NCBI GenBank assembly: GCA_964199315.1
Contig: OZ116703.1
Coordinates: 8,866,001 to 8,930,000, forward strand
Length of the DNA: 64,000 nucleotides
Reading direction: 5' to 3'
Source of the DNA: Orbicella franksi
Lineage: Eukaryota
Part shown: one piece after another, positions 61,501 to 64,000 of the stretch
Layout of the letters: every line of letters starts with the position of its first letter
Numbering within the stretch: position 1 is the stretch's first letter
Translations under genes and position numbers: made by a program
Notes under the pieces: generated by a model
Seen by the model: the letters and a program-made list of their open reading frames with translations, nothing else
Told to the model about the DNA's origin: nothing
Database searches by the model: none

Positions 61501-63757
61501 AAGCAAGGTAGTAAATCGATATGATAAATTTGTTATTTTGTCGAGCAAGAATTTTTCCTATCCTTCAAATAACACCTCCTTGACTTTGAGATGGAAGCGC
61601 GCAGAGGTTGCTGTCAATGAATAGAAATCAATCTTCTCAAACTCATTATTATCAAAGGAAATCTAACCTTGACGGTATTTCAATCAGCATAGATGTTTGC
61701 GATTTCATTTCTCGGTTTTCGCCTTAGTTTTAGTTTCAATTGACAGGTTATATCGCTCGAAAACACTCGAGACCGTGTTTAACCACATTTCTAAACACCT
61801 CGACGTTCGTCAAAAACACTCCGCTGCGCGTCGTATTTTGAACTCTATTCTCGGTTGTTTGAAAATGTTTTAGGGCACGGTTTTTGTGTTTGAAACATTT
61901 CGTCCTACTTCAAGACGTGGCCGATTACCTTTGAGGTGTTCAAAGACATGAATACTTGTCAGATGATCAGAAAGTGTATATAATAAACGTGTGTATTAAA
62001 ATAGAGCATTGGTACATTACGGGACATAACGTGAGGCGTCCGTTACGGAATCAAGCCCGTTTTCATGCTAAAGAACGTAAAGTACTAACATTGTAAAGTT
62101 CATCCAGGATCGACTCATCCATGCTAGGACCTAAATGCTGAAAATTAAAGTTAAAAGCATGAAGAGGTAAAAGAATATTAACCGTTGGGTCAAACTTTCA
62201 TTTTCTGTTCTTGGCAGGTACAAGAACAGAGCAGTCACTCACAACAATTTATACGCGCCCGTTCTACCATAGTTTATCGGAAAACAATTAGTGCAAGCTT
62301 CGACAGCTTTCGTGAAAAAAGAGTGGTGCTATGATTTTTACATCAACTTCGACAAGGTGAAAACAAAAAGGGAGACTTCAAAATATCACCAACATACCGA
62401 TAACAGTAAATTGCGAACAGTTATTACAACTATCTAACTGAACATGCACGCTTGATGAACAAATAAAAAGCAAACTTTTCAACCTTTTGAGGCTATGTAT
62501 AAAACCATGCAGTTTAACAAATTGACGCCAGTTTATCATGTGTCTGTCCTGTTACTGATCATGAATGTCATAACATTGCCAAAGTAGCTGTGGATCCGCA
62601 GACTACTTTGACAATGTTATGACAAAATTCATTGTCAATAACAGGGCGGACGCATTGAAAACTGCTGTCAATTTGTTTTTTTACGATAACAAATTGTCAA
62701 ATTGTCCGCTCTCGCTCGTTGACGTATCACACAAACTACAAATTCATGTGTCTGTCCGCTTATTGACAATGAAAATTAGCCAACGAGCGCGCGAGAATTT
62801 CTGCAGTTCCGTAAAAAAGGGTTTCGTTACTTATACTTTTTGTTTAACGAACAAATGCACGTTCAGAGCGATATACAAAACCAAAAGATTCCAAATGAGC
62901 TCAAAGCCACCTAAAGAGGCCATTTTCATCCTGTATACATTATGCAACACGGCAAATTTAACATACAACTGGGCTATTTTTAAATAACCTAGTTGGTCAG
63001 AAGCTTAGAAGCTTCTGAATAATTTAATGCCAAAAGTGCGAAGGCACTTATTCCGGTCAGGGGAGGGGACGTAATTGAAACAATCATTACACATGTCACA
63101 CAACGGAGCTTTCTCCTTAAAACAAAATTAGAACAGTCAAAAAACAGACGAAAAAAGAAGGTGGCTCTGAAACGCTTTGGTAGACACGGGCAGATCTAAA
63201 TTATGGCGAGCACTGTCTTGTGAAGACGGTCTTTCGTTAAATGATCAGATCGTCAATTCTCTCGTCATGTATTATCAAAGCTGTTATGGCACAGTAAAGA
63301 GAAGTCAGATGGTGTGTATAATAGGATTAGCACAATTCAATAGACTCGCTCCTTTAGCGAGAAGCCATGTGGCTCTATAGATAGGCGTGTCAACTTTACT
63401 ATATTGCCACCCTATTGTTACTTCAATGGGCTCCATTTTGATTTTTCAGAGGCACACCTTCAACAGCTGAAACTTCAAAAAGTGCCCCTGAAAAAGATAC
63501 ACACAGATTTGCGATCTGCTATCCGAAAAAGTAGCATCTGAATCTAATTGAATTATAGGCAGCTGTACTTGCAGGAAAGAGTAATGGAAGAGAAAACATT
63601 TAACAATTTAAAGTTCTTACCTCATTCTTGTGCGCTGTCAGAGAATCCATGATCTGATCTGGCACTGTAGGAATGTGAAGCATCGTCGCCGTACCATCTC
63701 CATCTAAGTCAATCACTTCAATGCCATTAGGTCTTTGTAAATGATCTTTCGGAATGA
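46569..63757 (-). CDS. SETDB1: Histone H3K9 methyltransferase SETDB1/eggless, partial (MBD, pre-SET, bifurcated SET, post-SET; 5' exons outside window)
   Basis: Exons 63621-63757, [63091-63115 tentative], 62090-62130, 60212-60428, 59675-59780, 58942-59011, 58532-58559, 58240-58328, 57497-57547, 57115-57246, 56401-56519, 55691-55795, 55358-55451, 54826-54874, 53986-54118, 52896-53028, 52717-52793, 51842-51922, 50612-50805, ~49899-49988 (donor uncertain), 48923-49813, 47648-47862, 47237-47325, 46569-46686. Motifs: [95 protein letters not shown]. Confidence 0.94.
50232..50409. mobile_element. Small TIR element
   Basis: tataaatctactaggcgttc / gaacgctagtagatttata. Confidence 0.6.
51469..51766 (-). 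mobile_element. Harbinger-like MITE, copy 2 of the 18454-18823 family
   Basis: Ends in the reverse complement of the copy-1 start (ccgtagaaataaagttgcgttttcaaattcctccggcgtggacgg). Confidence 0.7.
53239..53485. mobile_element. Harbinger-like MITE in a SETDB1 intron
   Basis: TIRs ggcctagttcacact / actgcgaaccaggcc; internal gacataa and ttatgtc repeats. Confidence 0.65.
53591..53821. other. Assembly gap (231 N) in a SETDB1 intron
   Basis: Run of n. The flanking exons (53986 and 53028) are phase-compatible, so no exon needs to be missing. Confidence 0.98.
54191..54414. mobile_element. MITE with TIRs of about 45 bp and AAT TSD
   Basis: aggggactttagcacgcccgtttttgagacgcggacggtagccggaag versus cttccggttgccgtccgcgtctcaaaaacgcgcgtgctaaagctccct; aat on both flanks. 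Confidence 0.85.
57822..58075 (+). mobile_element. tRNA-derived SINE
   Basis: A box TGGCGCAGTGG (57832-57842), B box GGTTCGATTCC (57875-57885), a non-tRNA body and a (ttgt)-like tail. Confidence 0.8.
58668..58920 (+). mobile_element. Second SINE family, 5'-degenerate
   Basis: Contains the core ttcttgggcaagaagacactttactgtcacagtgcatctctccacccaggtg..gggtagccttacgatggactag..gcttcatgct, which I recall as a conserved metazoan SINE body. Confidence 0.6.
60640..60930. repeat. Degenerate tandem repeat (..agtattgtaagtagtgt..)
   Basis: Recurrent ttgtaagt(a/g)gtgt units of variable spacing. Confidence 0.55.
62500..62820. repeat. Interspersed non-coding repeat
   Basis: Short inverted motifs (attgtcaata / tattgacaat, ttgacaatg); resembles a repeat I recall from coral genomes. 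Confidence 0.4.
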
Positions 63758-64000
63758 CTGTTAGATAAAAGATCACAGGATACTGAATAAAGACATACGA
63801 GCGTTCTCAATCGAGAAAAAAAAAACTACTAGCCATCACAGTTTAGCGTTGAAACCTTATTTCTCCCTAATAATTACAGAATCCGATGATACACAGGAAA
63901 GGAAAAATAATATCCCTTAATAAGAAATAACCCGTAATAAAATGATTACTCTCTTTGCTGTCGTAAAGTGTCTGCTTCAGTGTCTCAAAGTTGTAAGAGG

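Overview
AT-rich, intron-rich animal genomic DNA. An anthozoan, probably a stony coral, is inferred from the NLR type, a small secreted-domain pseudogene and MITE/SINE families I recall from coral genomes; no database search was run. Five genes and one pseudogene can be reconstructed from splice sites and reading frames: (1) a signal-peptide plus >1400-aa Ser/Thr mucin-like protein (minus, runs off the window start); (2) an intronless 1104-aa NLR (plus, 8370-11684) with NACHT and RI-type LRRs; (3) a 231-aa secreted two-Ig-domain protein (minus); (4) HIPK (minus, 9 coding exons, about 1120 aa); (5) a disrupted secreted single-domain gene at 40.3-40.8 kb; (6) SETDB1/eggless (minus, MBD to post-SET, 5' end beyond the window). 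The rest holds many MITEs, tRNA-derived SINEs, BEL/Pao and IS3EU-like remnants, microsatellites and one N gap. The main discovery candidate is the NLR N-terminus: a four-TM domain that matches connexin signature motifs (GK..W-x-x-EQ..F-x-C; V-x-C..E..IF..LN-x-TEL-x-Y). It keeps only the Cys pair equivalent to the Cx26 C53-C180 disulfide. This suggests a connexin-like hemichannel fused to an NLR sensor, in a lineage not expected to have connexins.
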